A DNA stretch of 64,000 nt from Ramazzottius varieornatus. Lineage: Eukaryota > Animalia > Tardigrada. The translations under genes and the position numbers were made by a program. The notes below the pieces were generated by a model. It ran no database searches and was not told the DNA's origin. It was given only the letters and a program-made list of their open reading frames with translations. The DNA lies in NCBI GenBank assembly GCA_001949185.1, contig BDGG01000009.1, forward strand, positions 671,624 to 735,623, given 5' to 3'. Numbering within the stretch: the stretch's first letter is position 1; the number at the start of each line of letters is the position of its first letter. Shown here piece by piece: positions 25,616 through 37,676 of this stretch.

Positions 25616-27646
25616 ATGATTATTTTTTCTGTAATGCTCGTGTATGGTTTATTTCATCCCGTATCCCCTAACCACTTGCGAACTTCTCGTTCATCTCTCT
25701 CTTATCTTGAACGTTTTTCGAAAGGCAAAAAATACGCTAATCTATCATCAGACCCTGAACCGGATAGATTTGATTATTTCAGCCGTACGAAAGTTACCTT
25801 TTATCCAGTTTGGAATTCATCCCCACCGTTACTGTGTCAGAAATCTCTTCAAATGTCGTTTCTTGGAAAGAGCATGACTCTGTGCCTGAAAAATTTAGGT
25901 ACCTTGGACCGTGATATCCGTGTTTCCGATCTTACTTCTGATGGTTCGGAAAAACTGTCCTTACCACATTCAGACTTGACATGCCATTATGGAGGAACTG
26001 TAGTGAGCTGTCTGATCGATAACTGTACCATGGGCGTGGCCAGTATTAGCGACTGCGGATCTGGAATATATGGGTTCCTTCGGATAGAAGAGGGGGGCTT
26101 TTTGCTGACACCTGTTCAAGCGGACGAAGGCAACAGGTAATTGTGTCAGGACCCTACAGCACACAAGAAACTCAATTCCCCGAATAGACTGTAAGTTTAA
26201 TAACTTTTAGTGCAGTTTATGGAGCTCACCTAGCCAAGCGCATTTTCCCTTTAGGAACACCACGGACTGATCAAGCCAAGTCCCGACCATTTCAAAAGCG
26301 CAAAAGCAGGAGGAAAAGACAAAGTGGACACGCTCAAGAATCGATACCATCCAAAGACAACAAAGTGATCCTCTACAACATCGGAGTCTTTGTCGACGAT
26401 ACTCTTGTCCAGAAAATGAACCGAGACTTTGGCACAAGAACCCAGCATGTTAACTTTGTTCTTCAGGCTTTCGCAGCGGTGAACGCCATGTTTAATGATC
26501 CGGTGTTCGGTCCGCTGATACCGACGATCAGGGTGATGGAGATCGTCTTCGATATGAATCATACGAGGTTCATTAGCGGGCTGGAGGAGCCAGGCCAGGG
26601 TGAAGCACAAAACTATCTGGGGAACTTTTGTGAGTATGTGGCGGAAAACAGATATGCCAATGGGCTCTGGCGGACCGACTGGGACGCCTGGATAGCGCTG
26701 ACGGCGCTCGATCTGTGGGCACCCGTGTTACAAGTCTCGCAGGATGGACTGTACAAGGATAGGTTCCGGGCGGAAAAAGTGACCGAAGTCCTTGGATGTA
26801 AGTACGCTTTGCATTGTGCCAGCACAATCGTCGAGAGTTCGGCAAGCATTCTTGAGTGGCGCACGTTGTCAGTACTATTGGCTGGTGACGTGCGCCGCTT
26901 GGAAAGACGATCTTGTGCAGCTTGATTGTTTCCCAAGTGGCGCACTTTTCTGGTATTTTTCGCTGACACCGTGCGCCACTTGGTGGAAGAACCTTGTGCA
27001 CCTTGTTTTCCTAGGTTTCAGTCGTCGTTTGTTCAGATTGAAGCATGGGTTCATTTTTTGTTATAGTGAGTTACACCGGAGGAGCGTGTAAGCCGAAAAG
27101 GAACTGCGTGATTGTAGAATTCAATGGGTTTGATGTCGTCGATACGATTGCACATGAGGTAAGACTTTCACGCACTTTGTGGAAAGACTTTATGGAAAGT
27201 CGGTCGGTAACCAAGTTGTAATTTTCTGCACAAATTTTACCACCGACTAGAATTCTGATATGCAGATAGGCCATACGTTAGGGATGGACCACGACCCAGA
27301 AACAGACTACACTCTACCGTTCGAGCAAAAGAGGAACAAGATCATGGCTCTCCATGCGGGCAAATCTCGCAAGGGATGGTCCGAATGGAGCGTTGAGTCG
27401 TACATCGAGTTTATGGAAAAGGGAAAGAGTCCATACTGCTCTCGGTGTCCCAACGATCCATGCCCGGACTGCGGCGGATACTGCTTACGGAAGAACCGCC
27501 CATCGCCAGCAAATTCCAGAGAAGCCTTAAAAGCAAAATTCCCTCTTACGATTTTTGTGTTCCTAATTTCTCTCTGTTTTTCAAACCCATTTCTTCCTGT
27601 TGAGAAACCTTACATTCGTCAGCCCATGGTAACATTCAGCGTATAA
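25616..27646 (+). CDS. M12B (ADAM/ADAMTS-like) metalloprotease A: signal, prodomain, catalytic domain, hydrophobic tail
   Basis: Prodomain CHYGG..SISDCGSGIYG; HE|IGHTLGMDHD (split by an intron); Met-turn IMA. Confidence 0.88.
26815..27020. mobile_element. Palindromic family copy, 2 cores, intronic
   Basis: Core motif; ends approximate. Confidence 0.8.
27620..27633 (+). promoter_or_regulatory. X-box-like motif CAGCCCATGGTAAC upstream of protease B
   Basis: Identical to 25459-25472. Confidence 0.5.
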
Positions 27647-27729
27647 ACTTCAGTCGAGAAAATGGCGGACATTTTGACGATGCTAACTAGGGATGGCCCA
27701 CCCTGTTGCAATGAAGTAGTAATCCCAGA

Positions 27730-30280
27730 ATGCGCCTGTTTCATGTCGTAATAGTCCTCTGTAGTCTTTCCCACTTTTCCTACCGGGCCGCCTGTACTTA
27801 TTCGTCCATTAGTAATCGCAAGAACAAGCACCAGGTTCTTGCCGAATCAGACATTGTACTAGATCACGGCGGCCATCCTGATCACATCTATGATATATTC
27901 TACCCGGAAGTGTCATCCGAGGAAGAGTTTTCTCGGTCACGCGTCAAGAGAGAAGTTGTTGGGTTCCCGTATAGTAAAACTTTTCGCATGGTATTATTTG
28001 GAAGGCAGACGACTGTGTATTTAAACAAGTCTGCAGATTCACCTGTGCGAGTTACACTGCTCACGAATGAAGGGAGGAAGCCGGTGAATATTCCGGAGGA
28101 AGACTTACGATGTCACTATGAGGGGGTGATCGAGAGTTGTATTGACTCGGATTGTCATGGAGGCACTGCTGTTATGAGCGATTGTGGGTTTGGCGTTTAT
28201 GGTCTAGTGAAGGTTGGAGAAGAGCAGGATACGATTCTGCTGATGCCGTCGAAAAAATATGGAAGATCACGGAGACTCGATAAGTAAGTCCGACACACAT
28301 GGGACATCGGCAGATGATTTCAGCCAGATCGTCTTGTCAAGTGGCGCACGTTCTCGAAGCAGATGGCTGGAAGCGTACGCCACTTGAAGGACGATCTCGT
28401 CGAGTTTGCTTGTTTCCCCGAGTGGCGCACTTTTCCAGCGTTATTGACCGAGAGCATGCGCCACTTTGAAAATATTCAGTGCGAGTTCCTTCATCGAGGT
28501 TCCGTAGTTTGGCTTGACCGTGGTACCGTACGATAATAATCAACCGGCATACGTACGGACAATTTTTTCATTTCTGTGCAGTGCGTCGAGCGATGATTCC
28601 CACATCGCAAAGCGGATATTTTCCCCAGACGTCAGCCACAGGTCCTTCAAGCTGGAAAGCGGAAGGGGTCGTGTCACGGTGCCGGTCCCGATGGCTGAGC
28701 AACTACAAATCGTTCGCCTGGACGACCGGAAGATCAAAGCTGCTCGTAACAAAAGACGCAGTCATGTCTTTGAGGTGAAGCCAGAAGATCCCGAGGATTC
28801 AAAGAAGAAGACGTTCATCCATGTTGGTGTGTACTTGGACAACCAGCTTATGGAAGATCTGGGTAAGTTGAGCACTGACTCTGATTTTTAAACCATTTTT
28901 TATCTTTCTAAATGGAGTTGATTTTCATTGCAGATCTTCCGTTTTGCAGGCCGCGAAGAGGAGTATGAAGCCCAACATGTCAACTTTATCATGCTGGCTT
29001 TCACCGCAGTCAACAGTCTTTTCGACGACGCCGCTTTCGGTGATGCTAGGCCGTACGCGCGAGTGGTCGAAATCATCCTTGACCACCGGGAAGTCAACCT
29101 GACACGGTTAGAAGGAGCTTCAGACAGAGTGCGCGCAGCGGCCAAGGAGACAGGTCCAGGTTGCGCGGAAGCTACTTGGTTCCTGGCGAAACTTTGTGAA
29201 TACGAGGCAAAGGCCAAGAAAAGTACGTTAGGCAGGAAGCTCAATGGACAAGACCCGTGGGACGCCTTCATCGGCCTCACCGGCAACGATCTGTGGGCTT
29301 TTGTGGATTCGGTCAGAAGTGACAAGTTTTATGCCGGCACGAATTCCGACCTGAAAACAGATCGAGTCAGTGGCGTGCTAGGACGTAAGTTGACTTCTCC
29401 GATATCTTAACTCATATGTTCAAGTACGTTTCATTTTCTTGTGATTTTTAGTTGCCTATACGAACGGCACCTGCATCCCTGGTATGTATTAATAGAACGG
29501 CCGGTAATCGGTCTGCTACGTGAAGTGAAAAGCGAAAATTACCAAATGACTTTTCTTACAGGTAAAAACTGTGCCACGATTGAGTTTTTTCGGGGTTTTG
29601 AGATGGTGGACACAATCGCACACGAAGTACGTTTTTTTTAATTAACAAAACCGTACAAGGTCGTTATCTCAAGTGGCTCACCGTTCCAACCGGAAGCTGT
29701 GAGAGCGTGCGCCAGTTGGAAAACACTTCCTAAGGTCGTTGTATCGATATCTCAAGTGGCGCACGGTTTTTTTGCCGTTGGCTGGAAGGGCGCGCCACTT
29801 GAGGTACCAACGTTGTACGTTTCGTTTGCCGGCCACCAAATAATTTCGTGTTTTTTCCGTCTCGGAAGTGTCAAATTACACGGATCAAGTTCTGGGGCAT
29901 TCTGATTTCAGATCGCGCACGAAGTCGGTGCTGACCACGACAAAGAGAAAGACCCGAACAAGCCCTGTTGGTCCGGAAGTAACAACGTGATGGCTGCCCA
30001 CCAAGGAAAAGCCCGCAAAGGATGGTCAGCTTGTACAGTGAGGACATTCAGGGAATACACCACCTCGTACAAGAACATGTCCGGCTGTAAAGGTTGTCCG
30101 AAGTCCCCATGTGACGCCGAACTGTGCGGCGGCTACTGCTTGGCGAACCACAAGTCCTTTGATGTAGCAGGAGCTTCAAAGGTTGACCTGTGGACAGACT
30201 CTTGGCTTCTCCAGTTCGTTCTGGTACTGGATTTGTCTCTTCTAGCGCGGTCAGAACTGTTTGTCTTGGCTCTTTCTTGA
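27730..30280 (+). CDS. M12B metalloprotease B, GPI-like tail
   Basis: Signal peptide, RVKR, CHYEG prodomain, HE|IAHEVGADHD, VMA, WSAC. Confidence 0.88.
28300..28505. mobile_element. Palindromic family copy, 2 cores, intronic
   Basis: Core motif; ends approximate. Confidence 0.8.
29645..29836. mobile_element. Palindromic family copy, 2 cores, in the intron splitting the HExxH motif
   Basis: Core motif; ends approximate. Confidence 0.8.
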
Positions 30281-30707
30281 CATGGCAGAAGTATATTTTT
30301 ATCCCTATGACCATGGGCATAGGCTATGTCATGACTCAGTTTTTCGTAGCCGCAAGTACCGCACTTTCAGTCGTACTAAGTACTAACTGGATCTTAAGCA
30401 CCATAGATTCCGTTTCCGGCAATGGATTTTGATAGGTTTTACTTCTTACATCTAAAGGTTGAGTGTCACAACTCGACGCCGCCGCCATGAGGCGGATACA
30501 CCGTCAACCGCAATGTATTCTACCAACTTGTTCATTTTCCGGGCTCTTCAAGGCGCAGCAAAACTGAACTGAAAGGTTTACAAAAGCAAACAGGCGTAAT
30601 CTAAAACCAAGCGGACCGAAGTCCTAATGAGAATGGAAGCGAAAAGTGTTAAAGATGCGCTGCTGGTCTTAAACTTTGAACAAAATTCAAAACGCTGAGC
30701 TGGCGTT

Positions 30708-32788
30708 TTATGATTGCAATGGGACACGGGGAATTTTGTAACTTAAAAGGGAACGGAGTCTGATCCAACCTGCTCTGATATCCGCCGCATCTTCACCGAA
30801 TTCCTTGGTTTTTTCGAGGAATTGTTTGAACCAACTCTTTATCTTTTTATTAGCGCCTTTAGCGTCATCGGGATCAAAGTAACCTTCCTCGATCATTTCA
30901 TCTAAAACAACGTATCATTGCGCGTTACAGCTCCTGTTTAGAGAACGTCGGCGTTACAAAATAACTATCTACCTCGGATATCGTTGATGATGGGATCATC
31001 GAAGAAGCCCTTCGGTGCTCTCTTGTTTTCCTCCTTAATTTTCGCCAAGTCTTGCAGCTTCTTCTTCGCCTTCTCCGGATCATAGAACGTAGTTAGGAGG
31101 AACAGCGCCTTTTTCCGCGTCGACTTATTCCCTATGAACAGTTTCGGCGGTGACAAAGTACCTTTGATAATATAACTGAATCATAGATACAGAACTCAAG
31201 TAGTGTGCATTTGCATTACCAGTTCCAAGACCAACCACATCCCGGGTATTTTCGGGAACTACCACTGGTACTCCACGGTCATCCGTGGTTTTGTATTTTT
31301 CATCCCGTGCAGCATCTCTGGCCCCTGTAAACGAATTCCGTATAACGTTCATAGGATCCAAGGGTTGAATGTCCGTGACGAAAGAAAATATCAGTTATGG
31401 CGCCCGGCTGTGCATTACGGGACTTACGTGCGTTTGCGCTGGTACATGGGGCATCTCGGTCGGACGTATCATCCCCCTCTTCTTCTGTCTCGTCGATCTC
31501 TTCTTCTGTCTCGTCGAAGCCAGTAGATCCATAGTTTTCCGAGGTATCTGACAGAAAATTTAGCATTTCAGAATTAGTCAATTACCCGCTCACAAGGGAT
31601 TACGCCAGTCCAGCCGCGCCGATTCTTCGAACTACTATGCGGGACGAATAGAGGAGTGTTTTTTTGTTCTATTTCCAAAGATAGATAACGAAATTTATTC
31701 CGAAATTTATTCTGAAAGACGCCACAGGCTTCGGAAGTGATGGTCCACTGACCGCTGGAGTGTCCCGCGATGACGTAACGCTGTTTAAATTCGATATTCA
31801 CCAAGTAAATATCGAACTTACTGGCGGTATTTTCATCCTTGCACCAGCCGGCCTGCGTTCGTGAACTGCTCAACGCAGTATATTCTGAGATCTTGTGGAA
31901 ATTTGAAAATACAGCCGAGCAGGTGAACATCTTGTCGTCAATCAATATCGCACTCAAACAGCGTTATGCCGTCGCGACAGACTTCAACGGTCAATGGATC
32001 ATCACTACTGAACGCTGTGGCGTCTTGCAGAATCCGTTTTGGACTGGTTATCCATCTTTGGGAATAGAGCAAACTCCTCTCTATCCATCCGACACAATGG
32101 TCGGAGAATCTGCGCGGCAGAAGTGGCGTAAATCCCCTGCCAGTTCTTTTGATCTGCTACCTCACCAGCAGATTTCGCTTCTATCTTTTGTCCAGTGATA
32201 ATATCTGAAAAGAGCATTCGTCCACAGTAAGTTTCGATTCCGAATTCGACTCTCAACGAGCTCAACTGATGCGTTTGCTTATGCATATAGAACCAAGAAT
32301 CGCCGCGGTACCTTCTCTATCATGCTGGACATCAGAGATACCAGACTTAGATTCTTCTGGGATTTTCACATCGGTTTTCTGAGAAGCAGCGCTCTTTGGA
32401 TGATGATCTATGGTCACCTTGAAGACTATTTCTGCAAGTATAAGTTCCAGGTTCGTAACATCCGTAATTTACTTACCAAAGTCCCCTGCCAATACATACC
32501 ATTGGAGTGTTCGTTCTCTGACATCTTCACAACCAGATCATCTGTAACATCAGAATCAGATAGGAATTCACGCAGCCGCTCCAGACATCCGCCGCCAAGG
32601 TGGAAACGACCTATCTCTTTCTCTGCAAATATAAGAATTTCAATAGTAGCCCTGCCGTGTTCGAAACCGTCGTTCTTCAGTCCGGCAGTTACCTGTAGAC
32701 ATCTTGGATCAAGTTCTCTGCTCTCTTCGCAAAAGTGGAAACGAAATAAAATTTTGATAGTATTCTTAACACTCAACGCTAATCTCAT
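30708..32788 (-). CDS. Multi-exon protein with acidic linker and probable C-terminal BEN domain (ends approximate)
   Basis: Phase-consistent GT-AG exons. C-terminal KKALFLLTTFYDPE...FFDDPIINDIRDEM...ANKKIKSWFKQFL resembles the BEN helical pattern (by eye). Confidence 0.55.
31615..32120. repeat. Diverged ~190-bp inverted repeat pair (about 31615-31805 and 31935-32120)
   Basis: Manual alignment: 72 of 90 positions identical over the inner part. Confidence 0.85.
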
Positions 32789-33233
32789 AGAAATTATCGT
32801 ATGCGGATAAGCAAGTCTTTTTTGTGTAAACGTGGCTCGCAAACGGCAAACGGTGAAACGGCGCAACGGTGAAAAGCGTGCCGCGTGCAAAGGTGGAAAA
32901 TGCCACAGTGTTTGCTAACAGAATACCGGCCGTGCAAATGCCGTACGCGTACTCACGCTCGTGTAGGAAATACCTGGTCCGCCCCATTGTGAACTTCGGC
33001 GTCATCACTTTTTCGAGCTTCCGTCAGTTCTGTGCTGGCCTGGTGTTAGCGTGATGTCAACGGGAACAACAGACAAGCCAGGTATACACATACTGTTTGT
33101 TGCACTATCTTGGTACCAAATGGCCGGCTAGGATGGGCTCCGGCTCCGATCGACACCGAGTATGTAACGTCTTTAACGGTGTTAGGTAGTACGATACAAA
33201 ATTTCATAGGTAACATCATGGGCTACGAGCCCA

Positions 33234-33247
33234 TGCCCCATGGTAAC
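33234..33247 (+). promoter_or_regulatory. X-box-like motif TGCCCCATGGTAAC upstream of protease C
   Basis: Shares CCCATGGTAAC with the A and B motifs. Confidence 0.45.
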
Positions 33248-33447
33248 ATCTCGGAACGTAGTTTGTGGTTACATACTACATATTAGCAGCACAAAAGAAT
33301 TGTAAGGGTGCACGTATTTTCCCGCCTGGTTCTGCATGCTGGTGATGCCGGTTAGATTCGCTGGGAACATCCCGCTGTCCGTGAACGGTTTTAGCGTTCT
33401 CGTGATTGGCTCGTGTGGACTGTTTTCGTCGGGTTCGGCTTCTTTAT

Positions 33448-35514
33448 ATGTTGGTACTTATTATGGTACCTCTGGGCTTTGTGCTGTCGTTTTTTACCGG
33501 TCTCTTGGACGAGATGTATGGACGCAGTGGTATTGCTGTGACTAATGGGTCTGTGGAGCATCGACTGTCCACTTCCTGGTCGCGACCGACGCTCGAAGCC
33601 GGCGTCGTGGAAAAGAATCTTGAACTTGCGGATAGTCTGCATAATCATAGTAGGTATCGAGATTATAACGCATTTTTCGTCTGGTTTCTCTGATGACTCC
33701 AACATGATTAGAAACTTGATCCTCAAATATATTTTCGTAGGTGGGCAGTACCGGAACAGACTCTCGAGAGGTCCAAATCCCGATCAGAATACTCTTTACG
33801 AAGATCTGGCGATGGGCTTCAGCTGGCGATCGACCACGCAGGCTCTTCACTGGAACGTATGGGTGGTGGTACGGCAGGACGACAACTCGGACGATGGAAG
33901 CACCTATCGGCCAACCAGAGCACCGCGACACTTGGTCCTCCGTCACCTGCACATCCTGATCCGGAGTTTGTTGTGGTCAATGCAGCAGTCTTCCTCGATG
34001 ATGCAATGATGGACCGATTGGGAAGAGACTCGCCGTACCATGTACATCATGCCAATTACGTTATGCTGGTATTCTCAGCAGTAAACCAAGTACGCGATTT
34101 CAGGTTTCCAACATCAAACTTACTTGGAAGGTCGGCAACGAACCGTACAAGATTGTTGTCTCGAGTGGCGCTTTTTCACTTTGTATTTGTCTGACATGTG
34201 CGCCACTCAAAATATCAGCCATTGCTGTTTTAGGCGGCGCACGCTTCCAGTTAATTGTAAGGGACTAGTGCGCCACTTGGGATGATAACCTCTTGTATTT
34301 CGTTTCTGGCCCCCCACTTTGTGTGATGGATATCCGTCAAATAATTTTTGCTTGTAGTTGTTTGACGACACGGCTTTTGGAGTTCACAGACCATATGTCA
34401 ACGTGGTTAAGATTGTTTTCGGGACAAATGAGACGGATCTTTTCGATGAAGACCCACTGAGTGGGAAGGCTGGACTCCGTAGCGCCGATGCGGAAGTCGA
34501 ACATTACCTGCGCGCTCTGTGCTCCTTCCAGACGAGGTTGAAGCAAAACTCGGTCGGCGAACGGAGCTCAAGGATCTTTGGCGACGGAAGTTCGAAATGG
34601 GACATCTACATTGCACTGACTGGTCTCGATCTGTGGGTGTCTTACCAGCAGTTCGCCAGGACTGATCATCATGGACCCGAGGACGAGAGTTCGCAGCCGG
34701 AAAGCTCGAAAGTTATGGGTGTCACGGGAGGTAATCTCTGCACCTTCACGTTCGATTCTTGATGGACGAGTGTATGTGTACTGAAAAGTATTTTTGTATT
34801 GTAGTGGCGTATGAAGGATCAGCGTGTCATGCGAGCAAAAACTGTGCAGTGATAGAATTCTCCAGGGGTCTTGAAATGGTGGACACCATCACCCACGAGA
34901 TTGCCCATATGTTAGGTATCGTCCATGATGCAAGTAAGAATCCGAGCCATCCTTGTTATGAACGGCGGAGGACGATCATGGCGCGAGATTTTGGAAAATC
35001 GCGCAGAGGATGGTCGTCTTGCAGGTACTGCATGAACAACTTTGGCAAAATGCCGGAATTAACTTCCTCTCCTTCATATTGTACGTGGTATTTCCTGTAT
35101 TCGCATCATAACTAATTTGTAACAAATTAATGGAAAACAAATTGGTTATCCGTTCCGTCTTTTTTGAGTGTTTGTTTTTCACCCAGATGTGCAGTATTGT
35201 GATATTATTTATTAACTATTTATTCTTGTCTGTATCGTAGTGTCGATTCTTTCAAAGAATGGATGTCCAGAGCGTCAAAACCTGAATGCATCAACTGTCC
35301 CGACAGTCAACAGTGCAACCCGATGCAGTGTGGCGGTTTCTGCTTGAAAGCCCATCGATATTTCAATGTCAATGGTGCCAACCGCTACGCCTGTCCCACA
35401 ACGCCTTTTTCCTTCCCGTATCTCACCACGGAATACTTCACGATCGGACAAGCGGAGTCAATCTTGTTGTTGCTTCTCCTTCTGCATCATCGAGTAATTG
35501 GAGTCTGGCCCTAG
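33448..35514 (+). CDS. M12B metalloprotease C, lacking the canonical prodomain, GPI-like tail
   Basis: Hydrophobic N-terminus; AVFLDD, HEIAHMLGIVHD, IMA, WSSC; LLLLLLL tail. Confidence 0.85.
34125..34316. mobile_element. Palindromic family copy, 2 cores, intronic
   Basis: Core motif plus TIR. Confidence 0.8.
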
Positions 35515-35585
35515 ATGTTGCGCGGTTACAGGACAAGACGTCATAACGATATGGCTCTTGGTTGGGAAAAAGACAAGTGGGGAGC

Positions 35586-37432
35586 ATGCGCGTGTGGGGA
35601 AGCCACTTCCAGGATAACTGGACAAGCCGCCTCTTCTTAGCGTACTCTGTGATCTGTCTCATATCTCCCCTTACTCATTTCGTCCATTGCACAACCCGCC
35701 AGAGCCAAGACGGAAGTAGCAAGTCCAATCTGCAGCAACTTGTTGTACCCCAGCCGTTGTCATCGTCATCTCGACTGGTCAAACGCAGCGCCACCTTACC
35801 ACCTTCCCAGCTGGGCTACACCATTGACATGTTTGGGGCTTCGTATGTACTGAAACTGCGGCGGTCTGTGGTGGCTAGTGAGCGGCTGGAAGCGGCAGTC
35901 ACTGCCAAGAACGGAGCAGTGTCAACTGTTTCCTTCGATCAACATCAGACTCAGTGTCATTATACGGGAATTGTGACGATGTGCAGATCGGCCGGGCAGT
36001 GTTTTCAAGGAAAGGCGGCTATGAGCCGCTTTGCTCACGGACTGAGAGGCATCATGAAGATTGGTGGGGAAGATGTACTTATCGAACCTTTACCGGAAAC
36101 ACTTTTAGCCAAACGGATGAGGTTGGTAAGCGAAAAACTCAGTCGGCGAATTACCGATTTCAAACTTAGCCTTAACCAAGTACTATCGAATACCTCTTTT
36201 TGGGAACATTTCGAACAGCCGCAACATTATTTGGAAGAAGTCTTCATGTTCAGGCTATTTCCTTCAATAATATTTCTAGTTGCTACCGATTGGTTTGTCC
36301 AACAATCGGGACGTAGAGAACGAATCGAACCAGTTCGCTGTCCCAAGTGGCGCACGTTTACATTGTTACTGGCAGAAAGGGTGCGCCACTTGGGAAGACG
36401 ATCTGATTCAAATCGTTCATCTACGTCCACTTAGTCAGTCTCCTTTTCCGGTCATTTTATCGTCTCGTGTATGAATTTTGAGACTTTTATTTGCAGATTT
36501 AGCAATATACATATCGCCAGGAAGAAACTAGCCGGTGAGCTCTTCACGGAGAACGAATCGTCGATGATGGCCGTTATGGACAGTCTAGCCAAGTCCCTCT
36601 CGGTTCCCCACGACCTCCTCGACCTGAAATCACTTCAATCTATCCCCAAATCTGTCACCGTCGAAGTTGGTGTGTTCGTGGACTCACCGATGGTTGTCAA
36701 GCTCAACAAAACATATCCCAGAAGGAAAGACCAAGTCAGTCTTCTGCTAGCCGGTTACAACGCCGTCAACCTGCTGTACGAAGACGCCACCATTGGCAAA
36801 ATGGCAGTGAAGCTTCTAGTCAAACGGATAATCCTAGATGACAGTAGTTCCATGCCGAAGGATGAGAAGGTTACAGAGTACTTGAACCAGTTATGTAAAT
36901 TCTATCAGCCGAATATACTAAAGCGGCTGAAGATCACTCGTGACTGGGACCTCACTACTGCGTTAACGGGTCTCGACGTTTACGCGGACGCGGTGGATGT
37001 AACGCGAGATGCCGCGTATAAAAATCTGCGAGGATCCGCAAAAAAGATTTTCACTGTTTCTGGCGGTAAATATCAGAGGAGGACTTTATTGTTTGGACTT
37101 TCATTAACCCCTATGCACATCGCAAAGCAGTTTGGTGCTTTTCTACAGTTTCTTATGGAGGAGGAATGTGCAGCAAGAAGAAGAACTGTATGGTTTCGGA
37201 ATTCTCTCTGATATTCGGGAACATTGAGACCATCGCTCATGAAACCGGACATACGTTGGGGATGTATCATGATGGGAGCGGAAACAGCTGTGATAGAAAA
37301 GGAAATAGAATAATGTCGATACAGAGACCCCAGCGGCAGCGAGCTGGATGGTCAAGTTGTAGTGCTCAGAGTTTGCAGAGTTTTGTTATGTCCGGCCATG
37401 CTTGGTGCCTCACTAGTAAACTGGTTTCCTAG
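35586..37432 (+). CDS. M12B metalloprotease D (closest to the ADAMTS catalytic consensus), no ancillary domains seen
   Basis: Signal, RLVKR, CHYTG prodomain, VEVGVFVD, HETGHTLGMYHDG, IMS, WSSCS, WCL. Confidence 0.88.
36308..36432. mobile_element. Palindromic family copy, 1 core, intronic
   Basis: Perfect CCCAAGTGGCGCAC-N25-GTGCGCCACTTGGG. Confidence 0.85.
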
Positions 37433-37676
37433 TTCGTTTTATTTTGTTTGTATTTTTTTTGCATTTCATAACTGTTGCCTTGTCCTGTTGAGTTCATTCT
37501 GAAGCCTCCGTATTATTTCCATTTTTACTTTCCGTTTGAACTTCTTTTCTGAATTAGCCTGTTATTGAAGTCGCGCACCGGATACGGAAAATTACCGGGC
37601 AACTCGAGAAAGTAATCTCTGGGAATTTTTGGATGGATAATATGCGAAGTCAGTCCCTGAATTTCTAAATCTATCT

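Noticed and set aside
31574-32198. Two divergent paralogous ORFs (31574-31957 minus, 31839-32198 plus)
   Set aside because: The similarity comes from a DNA inverted repeat lying in introns; indels and mismatches are not codon-patterned.
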